Positions 23,853 through 37,027 of a stretch of DNA of 64,000 nt are shown piece after piece (positions within the stretch are counted from its first letter, which is position 1; every line of letters starts with the position of its first letter). Made by a program: the position numbers and the translations under genes. The notes below the pieces were generated by a model. That model saw only the letters and a list, made by a program, of their open reading frames with translations. It made no database searches and was not told the origin of the DNA. Where the stretch lies: NCBI GenBank assembly GCA_965153285.1, contig OZ229110.1. The stretch is one strand, 5' to 3'. The DNA comes from Podarcis tiliguerta. Its lineage: Eukaryota.

Positions 23853-24181
23853 CATATCCTCCAACATTTCTCCGATGAAAATAGGGATGTCCCATTCCAT
23901 AGTGATACCCCACACATCTTACTGGGTTGCCCCAGCCAGTCTGGGCAGCTTCCAACATATATAAAAACATCATTAAACATTAAACATTAAAAATACTTCC
24001 CTATACAGGATTGCCTTCTGATGTCTTGGGGGGTCAGATAACTCCATACCCTCCAACATTTCTCCAACAAAAAGAGAAACATCCTAAGGAAAAGTGGGAC
24101 ATTCCGGGATCAAATCAGAAACCGGGATGGCTTCCCTAAATCAGGGATGTCCCTGGAAAATAGGGACACTTGGAGGGTCTG
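23853..24181. mobile_element. hAT-like MITE with a duplicated left end
   Basis: CATA(T/C)CCTCCAACATTTCTCC occurs twice (23853, about 24045); right end TTGGAGGGTCTG; same family as 38920-39054. Confidence 0.65.
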
Positions 24182-27100
24182 GTATAATTAAACATTACAG
24201 TGAGTGACAATACATCACCCCTACAGAGAAGCTGTCAGCTATTACCTTAAGGAACAGCATTATTTTATCAGATGCAGCCCAATTCAATCCAAACAAAACA
24301 CACTTACAAAAAAATAAATTCAGAGCAGGCAAAGTTGTCAGTTCCATCTGCAGCAAAGGCATCCCCAGTGCCCCCAAAGCCTGCATTGGGAATGCTAGGA
24401 GGAGTGGGATATTATTCCCCATTCCCAGTGCTCTCAGCCCCACCGCATACCCATTCCCAGTACTGTGGATGTTGTACAGCTTCACTACATTGGGAACGGA
24501 GGAAGGAGGCGATTCATAATACTTTCCTGCCACAGGCCTGATACAGAGAACAGTCCATAGGGACAAAGTGGCTGCTACTGCTTTCAATGGTGTGTATCCT
24601 GATTCGTGGGAGACAGAAATCACAATGCCTGAAGTTGACTGGTTGTGGGCATGCATCACAGTTATGCAAATAACTGTGTCTTGATTGGCTAAGTCTAGGC
24701 CAGGAAAGAAGGTTAAATAGAGGTATTTGGTTTTTGTCATTTCCCTGAAGTCTATTTTGCAATCAGACTTGTTTGATTTTCTTTTTCTGGAGAATTATAA
24801 GAATGGAGCAAAGTGATGAGGTCTCTAAGCAGCAGAGAGTGTGAGAGATTATAGTGTGGCAGATGGGGAGAGTGTGTTCAGACTCGGGGATGTGTGTGCT
24901 GTCCCACTCACTTTGATGGTCAGCCTCTCCTGGTTTTAAGGCTCTAGAAACCTGCTGATGTTTATGAAGGGAGAAGAGAGAGAACACACCAAGTTCAGTA
25001 ACCTGGTTTGCAACCTCATCCCTCTCCTTCAGTCAGAGGGGCAGAGTTCACATCCCAGCACTGAGGCAAAATTCATAAATCCTGCCACAGTTTATTGCCC
25101 CCTTTTCTTTCACCCCCAGCTGGCTCTCTGAGCAATTTCCCATCTTTATGCACCTTCACACATACCAATAATGTTTCTTACGATGCAAGCCTCATGGCAA
25201 TAAGCTAGCAGATATAAATTTACAGGCGTACTTGGTGGGCTCCATCTGCCCTTGCTGTGGAAACTGGGACATTGCCCACATCTAATTCAACCACTGGTGT
25301 CTTTAAAGGTGACCTTTGATCTTTATAAAGGGGTAAACAAGCTGCCTTTTACATTGACTCTTTGTTTGCTTTGACCCACTAGTAGCTGAAATGCATATCG
25401 TTATCTAAAATGGGGAAGAAATGGCTGCCAAAAGAAAAGGGGGACTTAGGGGTTAAATTTCCTAGGTTGGAAAATACAACCTTCTTTTACTCATGTCAGC
25501 AAATCTCTTTCTGTGCATCCTGAAAGGCATTCAATGTTTTGCATAAAGCCATTCTCAACACAACATGTTCATGTATAATTATGGGCAAGCATTTGTATGC
25601 CGTTACGTCTCCTTGTATCTTGCCATCTATATTTCGTTCACATCCAGGCTTGTCTGTAAATGATTCACATTCACTGCTATCACAATGCTCTGCCGCTACT
25701 CTACAAACGTCTCATCAATAGCTGATGAAACAACAAAAGACTCTTGTTAAATGGACTGTTACTAGCTTCGTTTTATATATATTTGGGGGGGGGGGGGACA
25801 TGCCACATGCAGAGAAGTCAGAGGGCTGTCATTGCAGTATTACATCAGACCATCAAACCTCCCTTCAAGATCAAGAAAACTTAGGTCATTCTCTATTATG
25901 TGCATATGACTTCATGGACCATATTTATTTCTCCTATTTTAACTCATGTGCCCCCAAGATCCTTATACATGTCAAAGTACATATGCAGTTCTTTTCATAT
26001 CTGTCTCCCAGGCACCAGGTTTTGCCTTTCCTGAGAAAAGGAAGGAGATACAGACTGGAAGGTTTTTAAATCCCGATCCCCTGTGAAGGAATAAGACCTC
26101 TCTAATCTGTCATTGTACTCATGGACAAAACACTGCATATGCACTGGCAACAAAGCAAAAACAAAACCCAAACACCATTTATTTATAAATTGTGACTGCA
26201 AGCCTCGGATCATGTACTTTGGTAGGAATTCACCTGTTGGTCACGATGGGACAACTTTTGAGTATGTAATTTAGGGATCAAAAGTTGTAGATAAGCTCCT
26301 GTGAGGTAGCCAAGATAAAATGGCCTCTTATCACCAAAGATCAAGCACATGTTAATCAGTAGCCAATAACGTGTGGCTATATTCCATAGTTTCTCATGGT
26401 GCGGTGAAATGAGCATGAACCAAATGCTGCGTGTGAGCAACTGAAATGGTGGCTAGCACAGTTCTGACACAAACCATCACCTGAGGCAAAATGGGCAGCA
26501 AAAAAACAGCCCTGGCAGAACTGATCACACCAGCCAGCTATTAGCGGATGCAAGCATAGCTCTGTTTAGAAAGGAGCCTCTTGTGTGTGTCTATAGTTGT
26601 GGGTGGGGTGTTACCCAATAAAACATGATTTGGGAAGCATAAAATTTGGAGACTGCCAGCACAAAGAAACAGGCACACAGATCTCCCTTACTGGATTTCA
26701 CTAAACATACTCTCCTATCCCTTGGTCACTGACCAATCTTGTATAAAGGACCTGAGGGCAAGCCAAACAACACATCCCCACCTCACTTCCCCCCAGCAAG
26801 TGAGTCGGGTTAATCTGTGCCAAACTATCAATGCCTCATGTGCTGCCTTACTCTGTAGCATGTGATGATGTTCATAACAAAGGTTTAGCCAGAGTGCCTG
26901 ACAAATGTCAGCAAGTAAGCATTTGTTCTTCTAGCTTTGGGTTCATATCCCCTGGGTGCAAAAATGAAATAAAAATAAAGAATTTTGTTTTGCTTCAAAG
27001 TGGCCAAGACTTTCTGGTGTTGAAATCTGAATGTGGCTCATTGTCACTGGTGGTTGCTGGACAAAAGTCAATGAAACTTGATAGGACCATTATATGCATC

Positions 27101-27699
27101 AATATCCATAGTGTTGCTCTGCGTCATGTGGATGGTTATAAACAAGCAGCTTTTTATTTAGTCTGTCAGCTGAATTAGGAACCCGTCTCTCTGAGTGCCC
27201 CACATCATGGCTGAGTTTCCTTGCTTTGGAGCCAGATGACTTGTCATGTTTGGATGCCTTATGAAGTGTCATTTCCATGGTATATTGTTTATTTGCTGCT
27301 ATTGGCATCAATCTGCCAGAATGAAGGGGATTAAGAAGACTTTGATAGGTACTTGTAAAGTTGGATTTGTCTTATGAAAGAAGATACAGCATGAGGTGGC
27401 AGACAGCCAGGTGATAAAAAAAAAGTGTCTGGTTTCCTTAAAAAATATGCTGTTGCTATTCTAAATCACTCTTGCTGACACCTAGTGCAATTCTCCGGTG
27501 ACTTATGCAGCTTGCCCCCCCCCCCCAACCACCAACAAACCCTTTTTCTTATTCTTTTTTTGCTATTTTGGAAGTGAAGCTGTTTTATATTCTCTACTGC
27601 TGTGGTCCTTTCCAAAGCCCTTTTAAAAGTCTACTTGCACAATGCTCATTACTTGCAAGTTTTTTAAAAAATCCATTTCTCAATTATCATCTCTACAGC

Positions 27700-28690
27700 A
27701 GAATATGCTGCGACCACAGATGAAATTGTGTGTACAGTTCTGGCGGCTGCATCTCAAGAAAGAGATTGTAGAGCTGGGGAAGGTGCAGAAAGGGGCAATT
27801 GAAGTGTTCAGGGGGATGGAACGACTCCTCTATGGGAAGAGAGTGGTTCAGGGTGGTGTGAAGGAGCAGGGGGAGGATAGTTTACAAAATAAGGATAAGT
27901 AAGGGGAAACATGATAGAAGTCATTACAATTACGCATGGGGTAGAGCAGAGGTCATCAAACTAAGGCCCGCGGGCTGGATACAGCCCACCGGGCTCGTTA
28001 ATCCAGCCCGCAAACCTTGCGGACCCTGCCACCTGCTCGGTCAGTCCCTGTGCTAAACAGGCGCGGCACAGAGGCCTCACCGCGTGGAGACTGACTTCCG
28101 CAACACAGCACAGCACGGCTTCTGATTGGCTGCAAAAAGCTCCTGCAGCCAATCAAAAGCCACGGATGCCTCTGGGCAGGCAGCGATGCTGGTGTGGCTT
28201 CTGATTGGCTGCAGGAAGCTCCTGCAGCCAATCAGAAGCTGTGGACACCTCTGGGCCCCACCCCTTCCTTCCCGCTGAGGCAGCTGAGCAGGAGGAAGCA
28301 GCCGAGTGGGAAGGAAGCAGCAGCGGCAGCGGTGCAGAGGTTGCCTCCACAACTCAGGCCAGTGGCATGGGCTCTGTGCCCCACCGAGACAGAGGACACC
28401 GACCCAAGACCCCCGGGGTAGAAAAAGCAGATAGTAATAATTTTTCTCCATCTGGCCAGTCATCATACTAGAACCTGGGGTCATTCCCAAAAGCTGAATG
28501 GTGACAAATTCAGGACAGACAATAGAAAGATTTCTTTCCCCTCATACAGGATATACTTAAACTATGAAATTTACTATCACAATTTGTGAAGGTGACCATT
28601 AAGTTAAATGGCTTTAAAGGGGAATAAGACTAATTTGTAGAGGGCAGGGCAATCAACATCTCCTAGTCATGCTGGCTATATTCTAGAAGT
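27700..28690 (+). mobile_element. Older CR1 3' fragment split by a hAT MITE
   Basis: RP..CVQFW..LKKEIVELGKVQK in ORF 27642-27902; resumes after 28423. Confidence 0.75.
27947..28415. mobile_element. hAT MITE nested in CR1
   Basis: Left end CAGAGGTCATCAAACTAAGGCCCGCGGGC; TSD GGGTAGAG/GGGTAGAA; two internal palindromes. Confidence 0.7.
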
Positions 28691-29045
28691 GTTCATTGGC
28701 TCCATGAGGAGACAAAACAATGAGGCAAGTTGGGGTGATTCCAGAGTCTTCCTCCGAAGTCAAGGCACAACAACGTCAGTAAACCCCCCTCCCTGTCAGA
28801 TCAGGGCCCCCACAATGTTTTCATGTCACTCTCTTGGTGAAATACAGTGTGAGCTTAGTGCTCATTTCTGGATTACTTGCTTCCAGAAAATTGTGCTGTG
28901 TTCCATTATAGCTCCACTATATTCCACTATCATTCTGAAAGCAGCTTTTACATCATGTGAAAGCTCAACTAGAATGCGGAACATATCAATTAGGGGAAAG
29001 TTGTGAAAACTGGAAAGAAAAAAAGTCATGTGAATGCAGCCTCAG

Positions 29046-29232
29046 TCTCTGACAGTAAGAGTTGTTCAACAATGGAACAGACTTCCTTCGAAGGTTATGG
29101 ACTCTCCTTCACTGGAATTTTTAAAGCAGAGGTTTGGTGGTCATCTGTCATGAGTGCTTTAGTTGAGATTCCTGCATTGCAGGGGTTTGGACTCGGAATC
29201 CCTTCCAACTCTACAATAATATGATTCTATGA
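29046..29232 (+). mobile_element. CR1 3' fragment
   Basis: CTGACAGTAAGAG...CCCTTCCAACTCTA...ATTCTATGA. Confidence 0.85.
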
Positions 29233-29345
29233 TCCTTTGCTTCATCTATCTAACCTAGCCTGCCTGTAAGAGACTCCCCAGGGTTTCAGACAGGTAACAT
29301 TCTCAGCCCTCCCTGGATATGCCAGGGATTGAAACAGGAACAGAG

Positions 29346-29530
29346 GAAGGGCTGTGGCTTAGTGGCAAACCATTGGTTTTGCATAGAGAAGGCCTCAGAT
29401 TCAGTTCATGGCAGCTCCAAGTAGGACAAAATGTCCCCTGCCTGAAACCCTAGAGAGCCCATGGAAGTCTTGGTAAATACTGAACTAGATGGAACCAAAG
29501 ATCTGACTGAGTACAAGGCAGTTCCTCTGA
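29346..29530 (+). mobile_element. tRNA-derived SINE (Squam3-like), inside an oppositely oriented related SINE (about 29255-29580)
   Basis: Head GGGCTGTGGCTTAGTGG, body CCTGAAACCCTAGAGAGCC, tail AAGGCAGTTCCT. Confidence 0.6.
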
Positions 29531-32500
29531 TCCTATCCTATGTATGTTCCTGTGCTCTATCACTGAACGACAGCCATTTCCCAAGCTTCTCAGAAGATGT
29601 TTCCTGAACTAAAGTGTCAATTGAAAGCAACAGAAGTCCATTTAGTCATGCATCCTCAGTCAACAACATCCTCTTTGGAACATTTATCTCGAATATGCCT
29701 TCATTTTTACCAGTATTGTAGGTATGATGAGGGGGCATCACATCATTCTCTGACATGACACAGGATGATGGCTTGATATTTATAGTTGTTCTGTTGTTTT
29801 AATTATGTTCCATGCTGACCATCTTCTATGAAAGCAGCTCTACAAGGCTGAGCTTTGATAAGAGTGTTTACATGAATGTTTGATAAGCATCTGGCATCCC
29901 TTGGGGTTCTACATGACTATGCAATATAACAGGCAGTCTCTGAACTCTGAAGCTTGCATTTGCCACCTGAAAACACAATGTGGCTAGGAAGAAATCAGTG
30001 TAAAGTTGTTGTTGTTTTTAAAGAACAATCTTTACACTGGATTCTATCAAGCCAAATTTTGTTTTCAGGTGGCTAAAGATGTAAATTTAAATATCTAATA
30101 GAGGAAGATTGCTCCTGATGCTTGAAGGTAAAAAACAAAACAAAAAACCCACCCTGTGACAACACCATCTGTTTGTGGACAATCTCTGGGAGAGGCAAAT
30201 GGACCAAATCTTCTCATTTAATGCACACCCCTTGTCCAGTTCACTTGCTTTATTGTTCCCAATTCACTTGCTTTTTGTTAAAAGCCTACTGACATGTATC
30301 TGCTTGATGCGGTGTCCTGTACCTGAAATGGCATTTTATGAGCTCACGCATGGAAGAACACCCTGTCTGTTGATTTACCCTTCATGCAGCTGTTCTAGTG
30401 TGTAGAGCCAAATTCATCCAAGTAGTAAACCCATGGATTTCCATTTGAGAAAGTAGCTGCTCAGTAGTGGATTTATGTGGCGGCATTGCAGCAGGAGTTC
30501 ACCTGATTCTCTATAGCGGAAGGCACATGGAAGGCATCTGAAGCATTTGGCACTGGTCAATGTAAACAAGCTTTGTCATTGTTTTAAATGTGACATTCCA
30601 GCTTCTTTGAGATGTTGATCACGCTGGTTAAGTAGAAATATAATTCAAAAGGCAAATGCAAGTAATAAACACTTCAATCAAAATAAATACAAAACGGCAT
30701 GTTTATGTCTTGGTACTGTATAATGTTACTAAGAGCTACTAAGAGGCATGCTGAACATGTCAAGCAGTTTTGTGGTCCTCAGAAGAAGGGTGGTATATAA
30801 ATTAATTTTTTTAAAAATACTGACCTCTGTTTATTGGTTGATCTTGCTCAAATAACCCTCAAGACAGTAATACACACAAGCCTAAAATTTCCACCATTCA
30901 GCAGGCAATAGTCCCCTAATTTATGATAGATAGGGCCAGAATGTGCTTTCCTTTAGCTCTGCAGTTCCAGGGCAACGGACAGGTGCAGCTGAGGGTTCTT
31001 TAAGACAGGCAACATGGGAAAAAAGCTCCCTGCGTCTGTCAGTCTCTGGATGATGGATGGGGCCAGGCTTGTCTCCCTCTTGCCATGATGCTCTTTCTGG
31101 GAGACAACATCCTATAGTGAACTTTGGATAATGGCAGAGACAGTAGGGTGCTTCCCTTCAGCTCAGCAGTGCGAGGACAATTTGTACTCAGAATTCAGTG
31201 TTATTTCTGGCAGGGACGGAAGGGGAGAAGCAATCAACTTGAACATGTCTTCGTCTGGTCAATGGACAGGGCCAGGCTGGCCCCGGCAGAGCTTGTGTGA
31301 ACCAATTCCGTTCTTCCAGTATGACTCACGTCTGCTTGTATACAAGATGTTGCTAGTGACAGTTACCTAACCGGCTCTTGCAAATCATGTGGCGTGAAAC
31401 TATGTAATAACAATATAATCTCATTTTTTAAAGAGAGAGAATGGTGCCAGTGCCAATTAGGGAAAGATACCAAGAGAACTTCCAAAAGACAAAAGGGAAA
31501 GAGAATGAAAAAGCAATTGAATGCTAATGAGCATTTAGAAATTCTACTTGGTGCTTGAGGTGCCATTGATTAGCCTTCCTAGCAAGTGGTCCTTTACTGT
31601 TCCCAGTTTGAAGCCAATTGGATTTTTCCTTTCAAAGAGAAACTCTCCAGGCTAAATTCTCATCTAAGTTACACCAGGGCATATCAGGAGAAGTGAGCAC
31701 CATACTCTTTATGAAATTAATCCCTGCTCACACTGGAGGAACCAGGGTCAGTGATTCAGCATCTAAGCTTTGCAACAAGACATGGAGCTTGTAAGGATTT
31801 TAATTTTAATAAGGAATTATGAATAAATGTTGGGTTTTAAGGTTGACAGTTGAACAAAACTGATCTGTAAAGAGCTATCACTTTAAAGCTTTTTTTTTAT
31901 GACTGGAAATGTTTCAAATTGGCATCAAAATGTGGCATGCTAAAATTAACGACATAACCTTTTGATTTTGATTACTGCATATTTATTATTATTTAATCAA
32001 GTAGGAAAACATGTTATTTTCTATTCTCCAAGGCCAAAAGTTTAAGCTGTGTATTTTTTTCTTCTTCCCTCAGATGCTGGCACAAGCACATTAAATTTCA
32101 AAATGCCTGTGTTATTTTCTCCTTGAGACAAACACAAATATTTTAATTAATACAGTTTTCTCCATCTGTTGAGAAATGAACTGTGCATCATAGGCTATGG
32201 GAGCCCATTGAAATGATTGACTCTTCCCTTCACCCCCCAAAATCCCTCAGAACATTGGGCAGGAGGGAATTACAAAACAACCATGCACCTGAACATTTGC
32301 ACCACACTTAGAATTTGCAACCAATGAGCTAATTGGAGTTTCACTTGAGAGGGTTTCGAGCCTCAGCTCAATTGCCAGAACAAATTACGTTGCTGCAAAT
32401 AATCTTGAAAGAAGTTGCTTTGAATATTTACATGTATTTATATAAACCCACGCAGCATTAAGGACTGGATTATTATATTTTAGGAGAAATGTTGCCTTTT

Positions 32501-32884
32501 GACAGGAGTGAATAGCCTCTTGGGGAGAGGGTAAGGAACCTTACCTGAGAAATCACTTATTTATATCCTGCTTTTCTTCCTCATGGAGCCCAAGGAAGTC
32601 TACATGTAGTTTCCAGACACTCACCCATCTCGACCTTGACTTCTTTAGCTTTGGCAATGTAGTGGCCTCATGTGCCTTCAGCTCATCCCATAGTCTTCAA
32701 CACTTGTGTATGTGTTTGCAGCACCGATAGGCTGCTCCTTTTGCTCAATCATGGTGCATGTTTCAGACATATTTGGGGTATGCGAAAATATCCCTGAAAT
32801 AAAATGCATCCCCTTTCCAAATATGTGCTGAGTTGGGCCTTCTCCCCCTTTACCAGGTGCTGGCATCATCACCTGCAACTTCTT

Positions 32885-33530
32885 TTACTATTTTATTTAT
32901 TTATTGAATTTATATACCACCCTATACCTGGGGAGCTCAGGGCGGTTCACAGAATAAAACCAAGATATAAAACCACAAAATAATACATAATAAAATTTAT
33001 AAAAAGAACTCAATAGCCCCCCCCCCCAAAAAAAAGCCCCAACATTTTTAAAGGGCATAGGATGTAAATTAGATCAACCAAAGGCCTGGTTAAAATGGAA
33101 TGTTTTTTCCTGGCGCCTAAAGCTGTATAATGAAGGTGCCAGGAGAACTTCCCCGGGGAGAGCATTCCATAGAAGGGGAGACACTGCAGAGAAGGCCTGT
33201 TCTCATGTTCAAGAAGAAGAAGAAGAGTTTGGCTTTGATATCCCGCTTTATTACTACCCGAAGGAGTCTCAAAGCGGCTAACATTCTCCTTTTCCTTCCT
33301 CCCCCACAGCAAACACTCTGTGAGGTGAGTGAGACTGAGAGACTTCAGAGAAGTGTGACTGGCCCAAGGTCACCCAGCATCTGCATGTGGAGGAGCGGAG
33401 ATGCGAACCCAGTTTGCCAGATTACAAGACTACCACTCTTAACCACAACACCACACTGGCTCTCCTCTTGAGGAGGAGACACACAAAGGAGGGCCTCAGA
33501 AGATGATCTCAGGGTCTGGGTAGGTTCATA
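32885..33530 (-). mobile_element. L2 3' fragment interrupted by a SINE
   Basis: (TTTA)n tail at about 32890-32905; L2-like segments on both sides of 33211-33462. Confidence 0.65.
33211..33462 (-). mobile_element. Squam2-like tRNA SINE
   Basis: Minus-strand head AGAGCCAGTGTGGTGTTGTGGTTAAGAG and (CTT)n tail. Confidence 0.75.
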
Positions 33531-33833
33531 TGGAAACTTCTTTACAGTTTTTTGGGGGGAAACTTTTTACAGAGTGGACACACTGTTGCAGCTGGAGGGA
33601 AGCTCTAGAGAAGTGCAACTGTTCTCTTCATTTCAGAGGGCCCAGAGGCACTCTGAAAAATAAAAGATGGTGGATGGCGGACAATCTGGAGTATCACTCA
33701 GATTGCAACAGTGGGCTCTCTGCATACAGTTGTGGTGTTTGCCACAGTCAGTGGTGCCAACATTTGAGAGAGGGAGCCCAGACCTGTGACCCTGGTACAT
33801 TTACAACCCTGTGACCCTTGGTACATTTACAAC

Positions 33834-35025
33834 CCTGGTAGATGAAGGGAACACAGTGGATGTAGTCTACTTTGATTTCAGCAAGGCATTTGACAAGGTG
33901 CCCCATGATATTCTTGTAAAGAAGCTGGTAAAATGCGGTCTTGACTATGCTACCACTCAGTGGATTTGTAACTGGCTGACTGACCGAACCCAAAGGGTGC
34001 TCATCAATGGTTCCTCTTCATCCTGAAGAAGAGTGACTAGTGGGGTGCCACAGGGTTCTGTCTTGGGCCCGGTCTTATTCAACATCTTTATCAACGACTT
34101 GGATGATGGACTCAAGGGCATGCTGATCAAATTTGCAGATGACACCAAACTGGGAGGGGTGGCTAACACCCCAGAGGACAGGATCACACTTCAAAATGAC
34201 CTTGACAGATTAGAGAACTGGACCAAAACAAACAAGATGAATTTTAACAGGGAGAAATGTAAAGTATTGCACTTGGGCAAAAAAAATGAGAGGCACAAAT
34301 ACAAGATGGGTGACACCTGGCTTGAGAGCAGTACATGTGAAAAGGATCTAGGAGTCTTGGTTGACCACAAACTTGAAATGAGCCAACAGTGTGACGCGGC
34401 AGCTAAAAAAGCCAATGCAATTCTGGGCTGCATCAATAGGAGTATAGCATCTAGATCAAGGGAAGTAATAGTGCCACTGTATTCTGCTCTGGTCAGACCT
34501 CACCTGGAGTACTGTGTCCAGTTCTGGGCACCACAGTTCAAGAAGGACACTGACAAACTGGAACATGTCCAGAGGAGGGCAACCAAAATGGTCAAAGGCC
34601 TGGAAACGATGCCTTATGAGGAACGGCTAAGGGAGCTGGGCATGTTTAGCCTGGAGAAGAGGTTAAGGGGTGATATGATAGCCATGTTCAAATATATAAA
34701 AGGATGTCACATAGAGGAGGGAGAAAGGTTGTTTTCTGCTGCTCCAGAGAAGCGGACACGGAGCAATGGATCCAAACTACAAAAAAGAAGATTCCACCTA
34801 AACATTAGGAAGAACTTCCTGACAGTAAGAGCTGTTCGACAGTGGAATTTGCTGCCAAGGGCTGTGGTGGAGTCTCCTTCTTTGGAGGTCTTTAAGCAGA
34901 GGCTTGACAACCATATGTCAGGAGTGCTCTGATGGTGTTTCCTGCTTGGCAGGGGGTTGGACTCGATGGCCCTTGTGGTCTCTTCCAACTCTATGATTCT
35001 ATGATTCTATGATTCTATGATTCTA
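33834..35025 (+). mobile_element. Young 5'-truncated CR1 (RT portion, one premature stop)
   Basis: Near-identical to about 17757-18951; TGG>TGA at 34024-34026; 3-bp deletion (EKRLRG vs EKRRLRG); (ATTCTATG)n tail; TSD TGACCC. Confidence 0.96.
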
Positions 35026-36785
35026 TGACCCACAGTCCAGCCCCAGTGTCATCACTGCTGTTTGCAGTTTCCAAATATAAGGCCTTTTCCTCAGACTTGC
35101 CATTAGCAAATCTCTTGATAGCAGTGCTGGCACATGAATAAAGAGCATGCCTTTTTATTTGGAAGCTATAAGATGCATATTTTTAGCTGCTTTGGTGCAC
35201 TTCCAAATTCCCATCATAAGAAGCATATTGGATTTGGCCCTGCTTTCCACCCCCTTAGACAAGGGATTAGGGCTTTTTGCCATTTTACTGCAAACCCCTG
35301 GAATTGCTAAGGCACCTGGGTGCCTCTTTGTCCCAAGCTGGGCATGTTATCGGTCTGGGAAAAATGTGCTAAAGTTTCTAAACAGCTCCAGGACCTGAAT
35401 TTGGTTTTACCCAATGCCTGGGTACTTCCCGTGCCTATGACAGGGCAGCAGCTGGAGAATTATGCACCATTTGACCAAGAGTTTGAAAGCTCAGAGAACT
35501 GTGAGTAGGTAATTTAAACTTAATGCATGGGGAGCTAGAGGCTGTACAACATCTTTGAGTCTGCAGTAAATTAACGGAGGGAATCTACAAAAGAGCCCTG
35601 ACAAAGCCTAAAGGGTGTTTTGATGCTCAAGAGATTTTGCAAACAAGTAAATAAGTAAGGAATAATAATATTGGCACTCAGTCTCCTACTGTAACCACGA
35701 GGTGCCAATTCCTATTAAGAATAAGTAATTGCTTCAAAAACAAACAAAAGCTCATAATGGCAACAAAACCTGGTAATGGCTTAAATCTTCAAAAATGTTC
35801 CCTGATTCTGCTCCAAGGGTTCATTCTGCAGTTACAGCCGCTGCCTTCAACAAGAAATCCTGATGATCGTGTTCATCAGATCATCAATGATGTGAAATTG
35901 CTCCAATTAAAATATAGCTACCATTACTCCCCTAGGCTGCACTTGCCCTGCTGCTCATCTCCGTCTTTCTGCCTCTTGGCTTGGAAAGTACGGATTTTGC
36001 TAATCTTTGCCAGTGGCATGAATAATACCTAGACTAATCTTTCCAAGCCAGCAGTGTTGTATAGGCTGATGCCGGCTATGACAGAACCTCTGTGCTCACA
36101 AGGAGAAGAAGAACGAAAAGATTGCTGATGAGGCCTCGGGAGAAGTTCAGGAGTGGCTCCCCCTCCCTGTGCCCTTAAGTGATTATCCTAGAGACAATAT
36201 TACTTTGCACTATGCCAAAGCTTTTCATCAGACAACCTCAAAATGCTTTAAACATTTTAATTAGACTTTCCAGCACTCCTGTCTGGTAAGTGGGTAGCAT
36301 TATCTCCATTTTACAGATGAGTCGGGGTAGAGATATGGACAGGAAAAGTGGCTTACCCAAGGGCAGGACCATGCTCAGCAGCAGAATTCACAGCACATAG
36401 TCTCAAGCCTCCATAGCTACAGCAACAGTTTAGCTGTCTGATCACTGCCTGCCATTTTTGTACTTTTTGAGCTGTAATTGGAATTATTTTTTTATGGGTA
36501 CTCCCTAGATTAAGTATGCAGTAAGCCCTATGCAAGAAGCCCCTGAAGAGCTGGCCTAGGTGGGCCCAGGTGGGTTGGATTGCTTGGGAATGACAATGTT
36601 GTCCCCTCTGTGGCCCCTCCCATCCTGACAAGCTCTGAGGTCCTTGGAGAGCCTGTATGTGCCCCTGGTTCTCCTGGTTCTCCCTGGAATGCCTGTTTCA
36701 AAGATTAAGGCATCCACCTGCCATATATTCCCTAATCTCATTCCTATTCATTGCTTCTCTCCACCCAGCTTCTTTCTCTGATCTA

Positions 36786-37027
36786 CAGTGGTACCTCTGG
36801 TTAAGAACTTAATTCGTTCCGGAGGTCCATTCTTAACCTGAAACTGTTCTTAACCTGAGGTACCACTTTAGCTAATGGGGCCTCCTGCTGCCGCCGCACC
36901 GCCACCATGTGATTTCTGTTCTTATCCTGAAGCAAAGTTCTTAAACCGAGGTACTATTTCTGGGTTAGCAGAGTCTGTAACCTGAAGCACCTGTAACCTG
37001 AAGCATCTGTAACCCGAGGTACCACTG
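36786..37027. mobile_element. Tigger-like MITE
   Basis: TIRs CAGTGGTACCTC / GAGGTACCACTG, TA TSD; inverse of the copy at 46239-46469. Confidence 0.92.

Noticed and set aside
24195-24740. 181-aa minus-strand ORF with a possible acceptor near 24695
   Set aside because: No recognisable protein and no clear donor; cannot be supported without homology data.
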